The notes under the pieces are model-generated. The model was not told the DNA's origin and made no database searches. It was given only the letters and a program-made list of their open reading frames with translations. DNA of 64,000 nt from assembly GCA_038064675.1 (NCBI GenBank), contig JBBTSM010000001.1:40446-104445 (forward strand), in the 5' to 3' direction. The first letter of the stretch is position 1; each line of letters starts with the position of its first letter. Positions 28,673 to 38,294 of the stretch are shown here, one piece after another. The DNA is from Patescibacteria group bacterium (lineage in GTDB: Bacteria; Patescibacteriota; Patescibacteriia; UBA9934). The position numbers were made by a program, and so were the translations under genes.

Positions 28673-29533
28673 ATGTCTACCCCCGTTGTTCGCGAATCTG
28701 CAGTCTGGAGCGATATCGCGCTCTTGGATTCTGGAAATTTTGAAAAGTGCGAACGCTACGGCGATATTGTGATGGTACGTCCAGAACCGCAGGCGCTGTG
28801 GGATGTTGGGAATCCTTCAGTGTGGCAGTCTGCGCATTTGGCGTATAAGCGCCAAGGCCGCGAAGGGGAATGGACTATTCATAAATCCGTTCCAGAATCG
28901 TGGAACGTTTCGTGGGAAAATCTTACGTTCCGCATTCGTCCAACGTCGTTTAAGCACACGGGGCTTTTTCCAGAACAGGCGAGCAACTGGAAGTGGATTC
29001 GTGAGAACGTGAAGCCCGGAATGACGGTGTTGAATCTTTTTGGGTACACCGGTGGTGCAACATTGGCCGCGGCAAGCGTCGGCGCTGACGTAACGCATTG
29101 TGATGCGAGCAAGCCGGTGGTAACGTGGGGCAAGGAGAATGCCGAGCTCTCTGGACTCGGTGCTGCACCGATTCGATGGATCGTCGACGATGTACAAAAG
29201 TTCGTTTCGCGTGAGATTCGAAGAGGAAATTTTTACGACGTCATCATGCTTGACCCGCCGGCATTTGGTCGCGGGCCAGAAGGGGAGCTTTGGCAGTTTG
29301 AAGAGCATCTGCCAGCGTTGCTTGCAGACTGTGCGAAGTTATTGAAGCCAGAATCCGGGATGCTTTTGCTTAATGCGTATTCTCTGGGGTTCCCAGCGTT
29401 AGCTCTCGAAAATCTCGTTCGCACGACGATGCCGTTTGTGAAGAATATTGCCGCGGTCGAATTAACTTTAAAAGAAGAATCTCCTCGTGCCTTCGAGCTT
29501 CCAACCGGAATTGTTATTCGTGCAACGTGGTAA
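28673..29533 (+). CDS. Class I SAM-dependent (rRNA) methyltransferase, RlmI/COG1092-like
   Basis: SAM-binding motif LFGYTGGATLAAA, acidic loop DAS and catalytic-region motif DPPAFG. Confidence 0.7.
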   Translation: MSTPVVRESAVWSDIALLDSGNFEKCERYGDIVMVRPEPQALWDVGNPSVWQSAHLAYKRQGREGEWTIHKSVPESWNVSWENLTFRIRPTSFKHTGLFPEQASNWKWIRENVKPGMTVLNLFGYTGGATLAAASVGADVTHCDASKPVVTWGKENAELSGLGAAPIRWIVDDVQKFVSREIRRGNFYDVIMLDPPAFGRGPEGELWQFEEHLPALLADCAKLLKPESGMLLLNAYSLGFPALALENLVRTTMPFVKNIAAVELTLKEESPRAFELPTGIVIRATW

Positions 29534-29589
29534 GGCGATGTTGATAATCGATGGCCCGGAATCAATCGTTTTGATACGATCAAAGGACT

Positions 29590-30033
29590 ATGACCGACGA
29601 CGAAAAAATCCAGCTTGGCGCGGTGCTCGAAATCGTCCAGTCCATGCAGAAGACCATGGTCGCAATGCAGGATGATATTGGGGCAATTCAGGGCGTTATG
29701 GCCACGAAGGATGATCTCAAGAATTTCGCCACGAAAGATGACCTTAAGAATTTTGCTACGAAAGGCGACCTTAAGAATTTTGCCACGAAGGATGACGTTA
29801 CTGATATTCGGGGCGATATTGCGGCCATTAAGGAAGATGTTGAGTTCCTTAAAGACAGTGTGGCTACGAAGGATGATCTCGGCAGTCTCAAATCCGAGGT
29901 TTTCGAACACATCGATGGCTTTGCGCAGCAGAACCAGAAGTTCGATATCGAGTTGGTTGCGGCAAGGTCCCAGTTCAATCGGGTAGAAGAACGTGTGGAG
30001 GTTTTAGAATTGAAAGCGGGGATTGGGGCGTAA
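29590..30033 (+). CDS. Small coiled-coil protein with 9-aa tandem repeats (ATKDDLKNF x3+)
   Basis: ORF with three and a half perfect 27-bp DNA repeats at 29701-29808. Confidence 0.5.
   Translation: MTDDEKIQLGAVLEIVQSMQKTMVAMQDDIGAIQGVMATKDDLKNFATKDDLKNFATKGDLKNFATKDDVTDIRGDIAAIKEDVEFLKDSVATKDDLGSLKSEVFEHIDGFAQQNQKFDIELVAARSQFNRVEERVEVLELKAGIGA
29701..29808 (+). repeat. 27-bp in-frame tandem repeat (3.5 units)
   Basis: GCCACGAAGGATGATCTCAAGAATTTC / GCCACGAAAGATGACCTTAAGAATTTT / GCTACGAAAGGCGACCTTAAGAATTTT / partial unit. Confidence 0.9.
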
Positions 30034-30610
30034 TATGAATAATGACATCGTTTTAGACATCGAAACACAGAACACGTTTGAGGAAGTTGGCGGATATTTT
30101 ACCGATAAGCTCAAGGTTTCCATTGTTGTTGCGTATTACTACGCCACGGATACGTACGAATCGTATTTGGAGCACGAGCTCCCGTTGATGTTTAAGAATC
30201 TGGAAACCGGCGGGAGAATTATCGGCTACAACTCGATCGGTTTCGATATGCCGGTGTTGAATAATTATTATGCTGGCGATCTTTTGAAATTACCCCAGCT
30301 CGATATTTTGAAGGAGATCGAAAAGTCTCTTGGGTACCGTATTAAGCTTGACGACGTTGCCGCTGCCACGATCGGAACCCGGAAATCGAGTCATGGTCTA
30401 CAGGCTGTTGCGTGGTGGAAAGAGGGGAAGATCGAGGAAATCCGTGAATATTGTCAGCAAGATGTGAAAGTCACAAAAGAGGTATACGAATTCGGCCTGA
30501 AAAATGGATATGTTTTGTTCGATGACCGATCTGGCGAGCGTCGGCTAATTCCGGTGAATTTCACGCCGGTTCCAGAGAAGACCGTCGTGAACCTCACCAT
30601 GGGTTTCTAG
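30023..30610 (+). CDS. RNase H-like / DnaQ-type 3'-5' exonuclease domain protein
   Basis: LDIETQNTFEE (Exo I-like DxE) and YNSIGFDMPVL (Exo II-like) motifs. Overlaps the upstream gene by 11 nt. Confidence 0.5.
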   Translation: MGRNMNNDIVLDIETQNTFEEVGGYFTDKLKVSIVVAYYYATDTYESYLEHELPLMFKNLETGGRIIGYNSIGFDMPVLNNYYAGDLLKLPQLDILKEIEKSLGYRIKLDDVAAATIGTRKSSHGLQAVAWWKEGKIEEIREYCQQDVKVTKEVYEFGLKNGYVLFDDRSGERRLIPVNFTPVPEKTVVNLTMGF

Positions 30611-30642
30611 GAAGTTATCCCCGTGGATATGTTCTCTTGACC

Positions 30643-30686
30643 GCGCTCCGGAACACTCCGGAGCGTGTTTTTTCTTTGTTTTTTTT
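30643..30686 (+). terminator. Rho-independent terminator (GCGCTCCGGA-ACAC-TCCGGAGCG followed by a T-run)
   Basis: GC hairpin followed by TTTTTTCTTTGTTTTTTTT. Confidence 0.8.
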
Positions 30687-30744
30687 GGGTGCAGAATTTA
30701 CAACGGCGTTATCCACTTTTTCTGCGGAGTGCTGAACTGCGTAC

Positions 30745-30790
30745 CACTAGATGTAGTGCTATACTCGCCAATGCACCACAAGCGATTGTG
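30745..30790 (+). promoter_or_regulatory. Two palindromic NrdR-box-like operators (CACTAGATGTAGTG and CACAAGCGATTGTG, centres 32 bp apart) flanking a TATACT -10 element upstream of nrdJ
   Basis: Both are 14-bp palindromes with CAC..GTG ends, resembling the NrdR consensus acaCwAtATaTwGtgt. The spacing equals three helical turns. Confidence 0.45.
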
Positions 30791-30898
30791 TTGCGTCGTC
30801 GATAGGAGGAATCCACCCAGATTCTTCTTCTGGGATTTTTTGTCTCAAATTCGCGACCAATTGTATTTCATTTATTTAGTTCAACGCCGAACGCTTCT

Positions 30899-33800
30899 AT
30901 GTCAGCATCTATTGTGAAGGAGGGCGCAGTGAAAACGAACGACGCGGATGTCACATCTGCCGTCTACGGCTACATGACGTCGGTGAAGGAAGTGATTAAA
31001 CGCGATGGAACGCATGCGGCGTTTTCTTCGGAGAAGCTCGAGCGTTCAGTGATCCAATCATTGATCGCGGCAGGATTTAAAGAAAAAGATCTTCCACGCT
31101 ACGTGAATCGTATTACTGGAAATATTCTTTCCCGTATCCAGCGACGATTCGATGGCCATACCACGCCAACGTCGGGAATTATTCGAGAAATGGTCGCGGT
31201 CGCTCTTATCGACAATAACCTCGTGCACGTTGCTCGCATCTACTTGTCCTATCGAAAATCTGATGTCGTTGTTGCTGCTGAGCAGTACGGAAAGGGTATC
31301 TCGATGGATCGGTATTTCACCAAGGAAGGTGTTCACCCATACGATCTTTTGAAATGGGAAAAGCGCACCGCAAGTATCACGAATGAAAAGGGGGCAGTTG
31401 TTTTTGAACAAAAGGATATTGAAGTGCCAAGCACGTGGAGTCAAACATCAGTGAACATCGTTGCGCAGAAGTATTTCCGCGGAAAAGTCGGTACACCGGA
31501 GCGCGAAACGTCCATGAAGCAGCTCATGAGCCGCGTTGCCGTCACGATGGCGAACTGGGGTCGTAAGGACGGCTATTTTGCAACGAAGAATGATGCACAG
31601 GTGTTTGAGGATGAATTGACCTGGATTTTGGTAAATCAAATGGCGGCATTTAACTCGCCAGTGTGGTTTAACGTTGGTATCAATCCGCATCCGCAGTGTT
31701 CAGCGTGTTTCATCAACAGTGTTGAGGATGACATGCGTTCGATTCTTCATCTCACCGCCACAGAGAGCATGTTGTTCAAGCAAGGCTCTGGAACCGGATC
31801 AAACCTTTCGAACCTCCGTTCCACACAGGAATATCTTGGTGGAAGCAATGGCCGATCATCAGGTCCAGTGAGCTTTATGAAGGGTCTCGATTCCTTCGCG
31901 GGTATTGTGAAGTCTGGCGGAAAGACCCGCCGTGCCGCAAAAATGGTGATTTTGAACGTCGGCCACCCAGACATCATGACGTTCATTGAGTGTAAAGCAA
32001 AAGAGGAGCGCAAGGCTTGGACGTTGGTAGATGCTGGCTACGATAGTGGCATGGACGGCGAAGCATATGGATCTATCTACTTCCAGAACGCAAACAACTC
32101 GGTGCGTGTGACGGATGACTTTATGCGTGCGGTGGAAATGGATGGTGAATGGGTAACGCACGAGGTAACGACGGGCAAGCCATCTTTGACGTACAAGGCA
32201 CGTGATGTGATGCGCAGTATGGCGGAATGTGCATGGCAGTGCGGCGATCCTGGTATTCAGTACGATACGACGAGCAACCGCTGGCACACGTCAAAGAACA
32301 CGGGCCGCATCAACGCGAGCAACCCATGTTCCGAATACATGTTCTTGGACGACACCGCATGTAACTTGTCGTCGCTCAACTTGATGAAGTTCCGCAAGGA
32401 AGTGAATGGCGTCATGGAATTTGATGTCCCTTCTTTCATTCGTGCAGCAAAGGTGATGATCACGGCGATGGAAATTACGGTCGGAAATTCGAGCTACCCA
32501 ACGCCATCCATTGAGCAGAATAGCCACGACTTCCGCCCACTCGGCATTGGTTTCGCAAACCTTGGTGCGCTCTTGATGAGCCGCGGCGTTGCGTACGATT
32601 CTGACGAAGGTCGCAACATCGCTGGTGGAATTATGTCGTTGCTTTCGGGCTGTACGTACGAACAGAGCGCACATATTGCAGAGAAGATTGGCGCGTTTAC
32701 CGGCTTCGAGCTGAACAAAGAGCCATGTATGGAAGTGATGCGCATGCATCGCGACGCAACATACGCGATGAATCTTGAGGCATTGCCGGCAGACATTGCT
32801 GCTGCTGCGCGAACCGCGTGGGACAACGTTGTTACAGAAGGCGACAAGCACGGTTTGCGCAATGCACAGATTTCCGTGCTCGCGCCAACAGGAACCATCG
32901 CGTTTTTAATGGACTGTGATACCACAGGAATTGAACCAGACATCGCCATCGTCAAATACAAGTGGTTAGTGGGTGGCGGTATGCTCAAGATGGTGAACCA
33001 GACGGTTCCAGAAGCATTGACGCGTTTGAACTACAGTGCAGACGAGCGCAAGGCGATCCTCGAATTTATCGACAAGCAAGACACCATCGAAGGCGCACCA
33101 TTCGTAAAACCTGAGCATCTCCCTGTCTTTGATTGCGCGTTTAAGGCGAAGAACGGTGTTCGTTCGATTCACTATATGGGCCATCTTCGTATGATGGCTG
33201 CCGTGCAGCCGTTTATTTCTGGCGCAATCAGCAAAACGGTAAACATGCCAAACGAGGCAACGGTTGAAGAGATTGAAAGGGTGTACATGGAAGGCTGGAA
33301 GATGGGCTTGAAAGCGATCGCCATTTATCGCGATGGCAGCAAGCGTCAGCAGGCGCTCACCACAAGTAAGGAAAAGGATTCGGGAAAGATGAACGCGGAT
33401 TTGAAGGCTGAGGGCAAAGGGCAAGGGGCAGAGGTTTCAACGGTGAAAGTTGCTCCGATTGCGGAAAACGTAAACGCACCACGTCGTCGTCGCTTGCCAG
33501 ATGAGCGTCGTGCAATTAACCACAAGTTCTTGGTTGGTGGGCACAAGGGATTCATTACGGTTGGGTTGTACGACGACGGCACGCCAGGCGAGATGTTCAT
33601 TACCATGGCGAAGGAAGGATCCGTGATCAGCGGTTTGATGGATGCATTCGCGACATCCATCTCCATCGGTTTGCAGTACGGTGTGCCAATTCAGGTGCTC
33701 GTAAACAAGTTCGTACACATGCGCTTTGAGCCATCCGGATTCACGAACAATCCAAACATTCGCATCGCAAAATCCATCGTGGACTACATCTTCCGCTGGA

Positions 33801-34129
33801 TGGCACTCAAGTTCCTTTCGCCACAGGAGCAGATCGCTGTCGGCATCAACGTCGTTCCAGCAATCGGCGATTCCATCGTTGCCGATCGCGCAACGGATTC
33901 TGCGGTATCTCCAGCACAGGCCACGGAGCTCCAGCCAACCATCTTCGCTACAGCTTCAGACGCAAACCCAGCGATGACTCCTGGCACAGCGCCACAGAAA
34001 TCATCCCTCACCTCCACCTTCAACAACACCGCCGACGCTCCAGCCTGCGACACCTGCGGCAACATCATGGTGCGCAACGCAGCGTGCTACAAATGCTTGA
34101 ACTGCGGCAGCACGAGCGGATGCTCCTGA
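30899..34129 (+). CDS. nrdJ: Class II (adenosylcobalamin-dependent) ribonucleotide reductase with an N-terminal ATP-cone and a C-terminal zinc ribbon
   Basis: ATP-cone VIKRDGTHAAFSSEKL. Active-site block NPCSEYMFLDD. C-terminal CDTCGNIMVRNAACYKCLNCG. Start codon uncertain (ATG at 30899 or 30974). Confidence 0.85.
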   Translation: MSASIVKEGAVKTNDADVTSAVYGYMTSVKEVIKRDGTHAAFSSEKLERSVIQSLIAAGFKEKDLPRYVNRITGNILSRIQRRFDGHTTPTSGIIREMVAVALIDNNLVHVARIYLSYRKSDVVVAAEQYGKGISMDRYFTKEGVHPYDLLKWEKRTASITNEKGAVVFEQKDIEVPSTWSQTSVNIVAQKYFRGKVGTPERETSMKQLMSRVAVTMANWGRKDGYFATKNDAQVFEDELTWILVNQMAAFNSPVWFNVGINPHPQCSACFINSVEDDMRSILHLTATESMLFKQGSGTGSNLSNLRSTQEYLGGSNGRSSGPVSFMKGLDSFAGIVKSGGKTRRAAKMVILNVGHPDIMTFIECKAKEERKAWTLVDAGYDSGMDGEAYGSIYFQNANNSVRVTDDFMRAVEMDGEWVTHEVTTGKPSLTYKARDVMRSMAECAWQCGDPGIQYDTTSNRWHTSKNTGRINASNPCSEYMFLDDTACNLSSLNLMKFRKEVNGVMEFDVPSFIRAAKVMITAMEITVGNSSYPTPSIEQNSHDFRPLGIGFANLGALLMSRGVAYDSDEGRNIAGGIMSLLSGCTYEQSAHIAEKIGAFTGFELNKEPCMEVMRMHRDATYAMNLEALPADIAAAARTAWDNVVTEGDKHGLRNAQISVLAPTGTIAFLMDCDTTGIEPDIAIVKYKWLVGGGMLKMVNQTVPEALTRLNYSADERKAILEFIDKQDTIEGAPFVKPEHLPVFDCAFKAKNGVRSIHYMGHLRMMAAVQPFISGAISKTVNMPNEATVEEIERVYMEGWKMGLKAIAIYRDGSKRQQALTTSKEKDSGKMNADLKAEGKGQGAEVSTVKVAPIAENVNAPRRRRLPDERRAINHKFLVGGHKGFITVGLYDDGTPGEMFITMAKEGSVISGLMDAFATSISIGLQYGVPIQVLVNKFVHMRFEPSGFTNNPNIRIAKSIVDYIFRWMALKFLSPQEQIAVGINVVPAIGDSIVADRATDSAVSPAQATELQPTIFATASDANPAMTPGTAPQKSSLTSTFNNTADAPACDTCGNIMVRNAACYKCLNCGSTSGCS

Positions 34130-34135
34130 TTGGTT

Positions 34136-34546
34136 ATGTTGCCCGTTGCACAAAAAGCGTTGCTCATTGATGAGGACGGAAGAGTCCTTGTTCTGAAGAG
34201 CACCGATCCAGACGGATATGGAAATCATTGGGATTTTCCGGGAGGACGAATGGAAGAAGGTGAATCGCCACTCGAAACGCTTGATCGAGAAATTCAGGAA
34301 GAGGTCGGAATGAAAATCGACGTGAATGCGGCAAAGCTTTTTCACGTCGGTTGGTACAAGGGATTCGGCGATCGAGCACAGGAAAATGTTTACAAAACAT
34401 TTTGGATAGTTCCAGTTTCGAATGTGAGCGCTACATTGTCCTGGGAACACCAACAATTTTTCTGGTTTCAAATTGCTGATCTCCCAGACGATTTCGTAGG
34501 CCCGTATCGTGCGATCGTTGATCGATATCAGAAGTCGATATCTTAA
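34136..34546 (+). CDS. NUDIX hydrolase
   Basis: Nudix box GGRMEEGESPLETLDREIQEEVG. The track start at 34130 is TTG; ATG lies at 34136. Confidence 0.8.
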   Translation: MLPVAQKALLIDEDGRVLVLKSTDPDGYGNHWDFPGGRMEEGESPLETLDREIQEEVGMKIDVNAAKLFHVGWYKGFGDRAQENVYKTFWIVPVSNVSATLSWEHQQFFWFQIADLPDDFVGPYRAIVDRYQKSIS

Positions 34547-34597
34547 AATAACAACGAACCAGCCCCGCGAAGGGCTGGTTCGTCTTGTGTTGTTTTT

Positions 34598-35179
34598 ATG
34601 CCCGATAAACCAATCCTCGACGAACGTATTAAAGGCCGGCAAGGCTACGGGCTCATTCAGCTCATTCATGGTCATGGGAAGGGAAAAACGACGGCGGCGT
34701 TGGGGCAGGCCGTGAGGTGTGCAGGGGCGGGGAAGAGGGTGTTGATTGTGTATTTTGATAAGGGAGGGACGACGCATTATTCGGAACGGGCGATTATCGA
34801 TCTGATCGATGGCATCGATTATGTCGCCACTGGTCGCGATCGGATCGATCCGGTGACGAATCGATTTGATTTTTCTATCAACGATCTCGATCGGAGCGAG
34901 GCGGAGCGGGGAATCGATCTCGCGAAGGCGGCGATGATGTCTGGAGAGTACGACTTGGTGATTCTCGATGAAATCAATTCCACGCAGAACCTTGGGATGC
35001 TTTCGGTGGAATCGGTGCTCGACGCGTTGCGATCCAAGGGCGAGAATGTGGAGGTGATTTTGACGGGGCGCAACCCTGCGCAAGAGTTTCTCGATGCCGC
35101 GCATCTTGTTACAGAAATGCAATTACAAAGGCATTATTTCTATTCTGGTGTTTCAGCAAGGGAGGGATTAGATTTCTAA
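34598..35179 (+). CDS. cobO: Cob(I)alamin/cob(I)yrinic acid a,c-diamide adenosyltransferase (CobO/CobA/BtuR family)
   Basis: IQLIHGHGKGKTTAALGQAVRCAGAGKRVLIVYFDKGG is the characteristic P-loop block of CobA/BtuR. Confidence 0.8.
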   Translation: MPDKPILDERIKGRQGYGLIQLIHGHGKGKTTAALGQAVRCAGAGKRVLIVYFDKGGTTHYSERAIIDLIDGIDYVATGRDRIDPVTNRFDFSINDLDRSEAERGIDLAKAAMMSGEYDLVILDEINSTQNLGMLSVESVLDALRSKGENVEVILTGRNPAQEFLDAAHLVTEMQLQRHYFYSGVSAREGLDF

Positions 35180-35725
35180 TTGGCTGAAAATGGGAATTTC
35201 GTGTATGTTCTTTTTCTGTTGTGGATACGTGTACCCTCGGGTTCTCTAGAGCCGGGTATACTGATCCCGACCATTGTTGCCATCATCAAATTTTTTATGA
35301 CCATTGCTGAGATTGTTGCCGCGCTTCAAGAAGGAAATGACGTTATTGTTCGCGACAAAACCTTTCATACGCGTTCTTTGGAGACGGTGATTCTTGATTC
35401 CGGCGAGAATGTGTTTTGGGCATACGGCGATGCGGGAATTTGGCTTTCGGTAGATCCAGGTGGGGAAGAGATTATGCAGTTCGAGGATATTAATGAAGAG
35501 TTGGAGCCTGAAGACGATGTGGTGGTGTACGGGGGAAACGACTTTGAATTCTCATACGAAGGTTCTGCAACATTGAAAGACGATGACACTGCCGCGATGT
35601 ACACCTTCCGCGAATTTGAAAGCGCCGACGGCCGACGGATCCGCCTTACCACAGACGAGGGAAATGGCGACACGACGGTATCGTCTGGCGCGGTGGTTAC
35701 AGAAGAGGAAATTCAGGAGGCATAA
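35180..35725 (+). CDS. Hypothetical acidic protein (true start possibly at the internal Met near 35297)
   Basis: ORF only. Asp/Glu-rich C-terminal half. Confidence 0.35.
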   Translation: MAENGNFVYVLFLLWIRVPSGSLEPGILIPTIVAIIKFFMTIAEIVAALQEGNDVIVRDKTFHTRSLETVILDSGENVFWAYGDAGIWLSVDPGGEEIMQFEDINEELEPEDDVVVYGGNDFEFSYEGSATLKDDDTAAMYTFREFESADGRRIRLTTDEGNGDTTVSSGAVVTEEEIQEA

Positions 35726-35770
35726 ACAGAACAAGGACGCTTCGGCGTCCTTTTTTGTTATACTTCCCTT

Positions 35771-37744
35771 ATGGTCACTCTCCGTGAACGCGATGGTGGA
35801 ACATATGGGAAACGCCTCCGAATGTTGCGAGGTGTTCTTTTTGCTGTCTTTGGCGTGATTTGGATCCGATTATTCGTGCTTCAGGTGGTTTCTGCCCAGT
35901 TTTATCAAGACATCGCCAACGGGAAATATTCGCTGTACGAAGAGCTGGTTCCAGAACGCGGCAAGATCACCGTTCACGATTTTGATGATTCTACGCCATA
36001 CGACGTGGCAACGAACGAGCCTCGAGCGGTAGTGACTGCGGATCCTCGAAAAATCACGGACGCGACCGACGCGGGTAAACGCATCGCGCAGGCGTTGGGA
36101 TGGGAAGGTGTAGACGAATACGATCGCTACGCGCTGATCGCGAGCCTTGAGGCTCAAGGAAAACAGGACGAAGCCGACTCGCTCCGATCATTGACGGCAT
36201 GTGCTCCCCTTACGAAGGCGCTCGACGAGCCTGAGTTGGGCGAGGAGAGCGTAGTTGGAGGGGGTGTCGACTCCGATGTTGCCGATGTCACTCCGACCCC
36301 ACCCCCCGAACCCGTCGCGGAGTCCGATGAATGCCTTCAGGAAGACGCGAACGTCAAAAAGATTACTGATCTTATCGCGCGTCTTGGAAAGCACGACGAT
36401 CCATATGAGCCGGTCGCCGAGGGTGTCGATGCAGAATCGCTTGATCGGTTGTTGGCTCTGAACATCGACGGCATTTCATATGTCCTCAAGGATTCGCGAT
36501 CGTATCCAGAAAAGGGATTCGGTGGCCATGTACTCGGATTTGTGGGAAAGGACGATTCGGATAACCCAGTGGGGAATTATGGGCTGGAGGGATACTTTAA
36601 TGATTTTCTTTCAGGAAAGCCGGGGGAGATTTCATCTCAGCTCGCGAGTAGAGCATATACCCCAGCGATTGACGGTGGTTCGTTAATGCTGACGATTGAT
36701 CGCACGGTGCAGTACACCGCATGCAAGATGCTTCGCGACGGTGTGCAGCAATATCATGCCGATACCGGCGTGCTCGTTATTGTGGAGCCATCTACGGGAA
36801 GAATCCTCGCGATGTGCGGCAGTCCAGATTTTGACCCAGCAGAGTATTCGAAAGTCGGAAGCATTTCTGATTTTAATAACCAGGCAGTTTTTACGCCGTA
36901 CGAACCGGGATCGATTTTTAAACCGTTTACGCTTGCGGCAGGTATTGATACGGGCGCAATTACGCCAAATACAATTTTCGACGATCCTGGATTTGTAAAA
37001 CTTGATGACCGAACCATTCGCAACGCGCTCCAGAAGTCGTATGGAAAGATTACGATGACCCAGGGTCTTGAAGAATCGGTGAACACCGCAATGGTGTATG
37101 CCATGCAGCGCACCGGAAAAGACACGTTTACGCAGTACGTCAAAAACTTTGGATTTGGAACGCTCACAGGTATCACGCTGAACACAGAAGTTTCAGGAAC
37201 CGTTGCGTTGCTCGATGAACCAGGAATTGTGTATGCCGGCACCGCGAGTTTCGGGCAAGGCATCACAGCAACTCCACTACAGGTTGTGATGGGCTATGCC
37301 GCAATCGCGAACGGCGGAGCGTTGATGGTTCCACAAATTGTGGATCAGATGGAATATTCCGACGGCACCATTGATAAAAAACTGCCAGTAAAAATTCGTC
37401 AGGTTATCGACGCAAAGACTGCGGCCACGGTTGGGGGAATGCTCGTGTCTGTGGTGGAGAATGGCCATGGAAAGCGCGCATCGGTTCCGGGATATTGGAT
37501 TGCAGGTAAAACGGGAACCGCGCAGATTGCTGAAAACGGTGGATATTCAGAGACTGCGTTTAATGGATCGTTTGCAGGATTTGGTCCTGTTGAAGATCCA
37601 AAATTTGCGATGATCGTAAAGCTTTCCAATCCAAAGACCGTCTCCAACCTTGGTGTAGCATGGGGCGAGGCAACTGCCGCTCCAGTGTTTGGTGAAATCG
37701 CAAAGTTCCTTATGCAGTACTACCGCATTCCACCGACGAGGTAG
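35771..37744 (+). CDS. Penicillin-binding protein (class B transpeptidase, PBP2/FtsI-like) with an in-frame repeat-element insertion
   Basis: N-terminal TM helix. SxxK (GSIFKPF), SxN (ESVNTA) and KTGT (AGKTGTAQ) motifs. Insertion APLTKALDEPELGEESVVGGGVDSD... at 36204-36266. Confidence 0.85.
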   Translation: MVTLRERDGGTYGKRLRMLRGVLFAVFGVIWIRLFVLQVVSAQFYQDIANGKYSLYEELVPERGKITVHDFDDSTPYDVATNEPRAVVTADPRKITDATDAGKRIAQALGWEGVDEYDRYALIASLEAQGKQDEADSLRSLTACAPLTKALDEPELGEESVVGGGVDSDVADVTPTPPPEPVAESDECLQEDANVKKITDLIARLGKHDDPYEPVAEGVDAESLDRLLALNIDGISYVLKDSRSYPEKGFGGHVLGFVGKDDSDNPVGNYGLEGYFNDFLSGKPGEISSQLASRAYTPAIDGGSLMLTIDRTVQYTACKMLRDGVQQYHADTGVLVIVEPSTGRILAMCGSPDFDPAEYSKVGSISDFNNQAVFTPYEPGSIFKPFTLAAGIDTGAITPNTIFDDPGFVKLDDRTIRNALQKSYGKITMTQGLEESVNTAMVYAMQRTGKDTFTQYVKNFGFGTLTGITLNTEVSGTVALLDEPGIVYAGTASFGQGITATPLQVVMGYAAIANGGALMVPQIVDQMEYSDGTIDKKLPVKIRQVIDAKTAATVGGMLVSVVENGHGKRASVPGYWIAGKTGTAQIAENGGYSETAFNGSFAGFGPVEDPKFAMIVKLSNPKTVSNLGVAWGEATAAPVFGEIAKFLMQYYRIPPTR

Positions 37745-37756
37745 TCCGTGACAAAG

Positions 37757-37920
37757 CCCTCCCCTTACGAAGGCGCTCGACGAGCTGAAGCGGGTGAGGA
37801 GAGTGAGTTAGGAGGGGTCTGATCGTGAAGTGACCTTGGATGGATGTGATGAGAACGGCAGGAGTGACGCATTATCGGCGACGCTCGTCGAGCCTGAGTT
37901 GGGCGAGGAGGGTGAGGGGT
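37757..37920 (+). repeat. Two intergenic copies of the CCCTCCCCTTACGAAGG / CGCTCG(A/T)CGAGC CTGAGTTGGGCGAGGAG repeat unit also found inside the PBP gene
   Basis: 37757-37820 and 37878-37920 match 36204-36266. Confidence 0.8.
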
Positions 37921-38294
37921 ATTCGATTTCAAACAGGGTGTTTTGTTAACGCAACTCATTTGCGTTAAGAAAACGCTGGTCGATTGTAGCGATCTGCGTG
38001 GTCGGCGATAATGCCAGTTACGATCATTGATCGTGTATTTCTGAAATCGATTTCATTGTTTCTCGATTTCCGGCTCAGATCACATTGTGTTGCTCAGTTT
38101 TAAAGCCTCAAAATTCGAGGGTATCGATTCCTGCCGCAGTACCTCGCACTCCCGGAGTTCACGAGCCCCCTCCTTCTCCCCCATCCCCATCCGGGGACAA
38201 GTAAATGGGGGAGGGCTATCACCATCCCGTCACAACCCCTCAAAGGGTCAGTTGAGGTTCACTTTTCCCCCATTTTCCCCTACACTGCCTGCAT

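Noticed and set aside
34001-35122. 373-aa minus-strand ORF
   Set aside because: It is antisense to the nrdJ 3' end, the NUDIX gene and cobO, all of which carry clear family motifs on the + strand.
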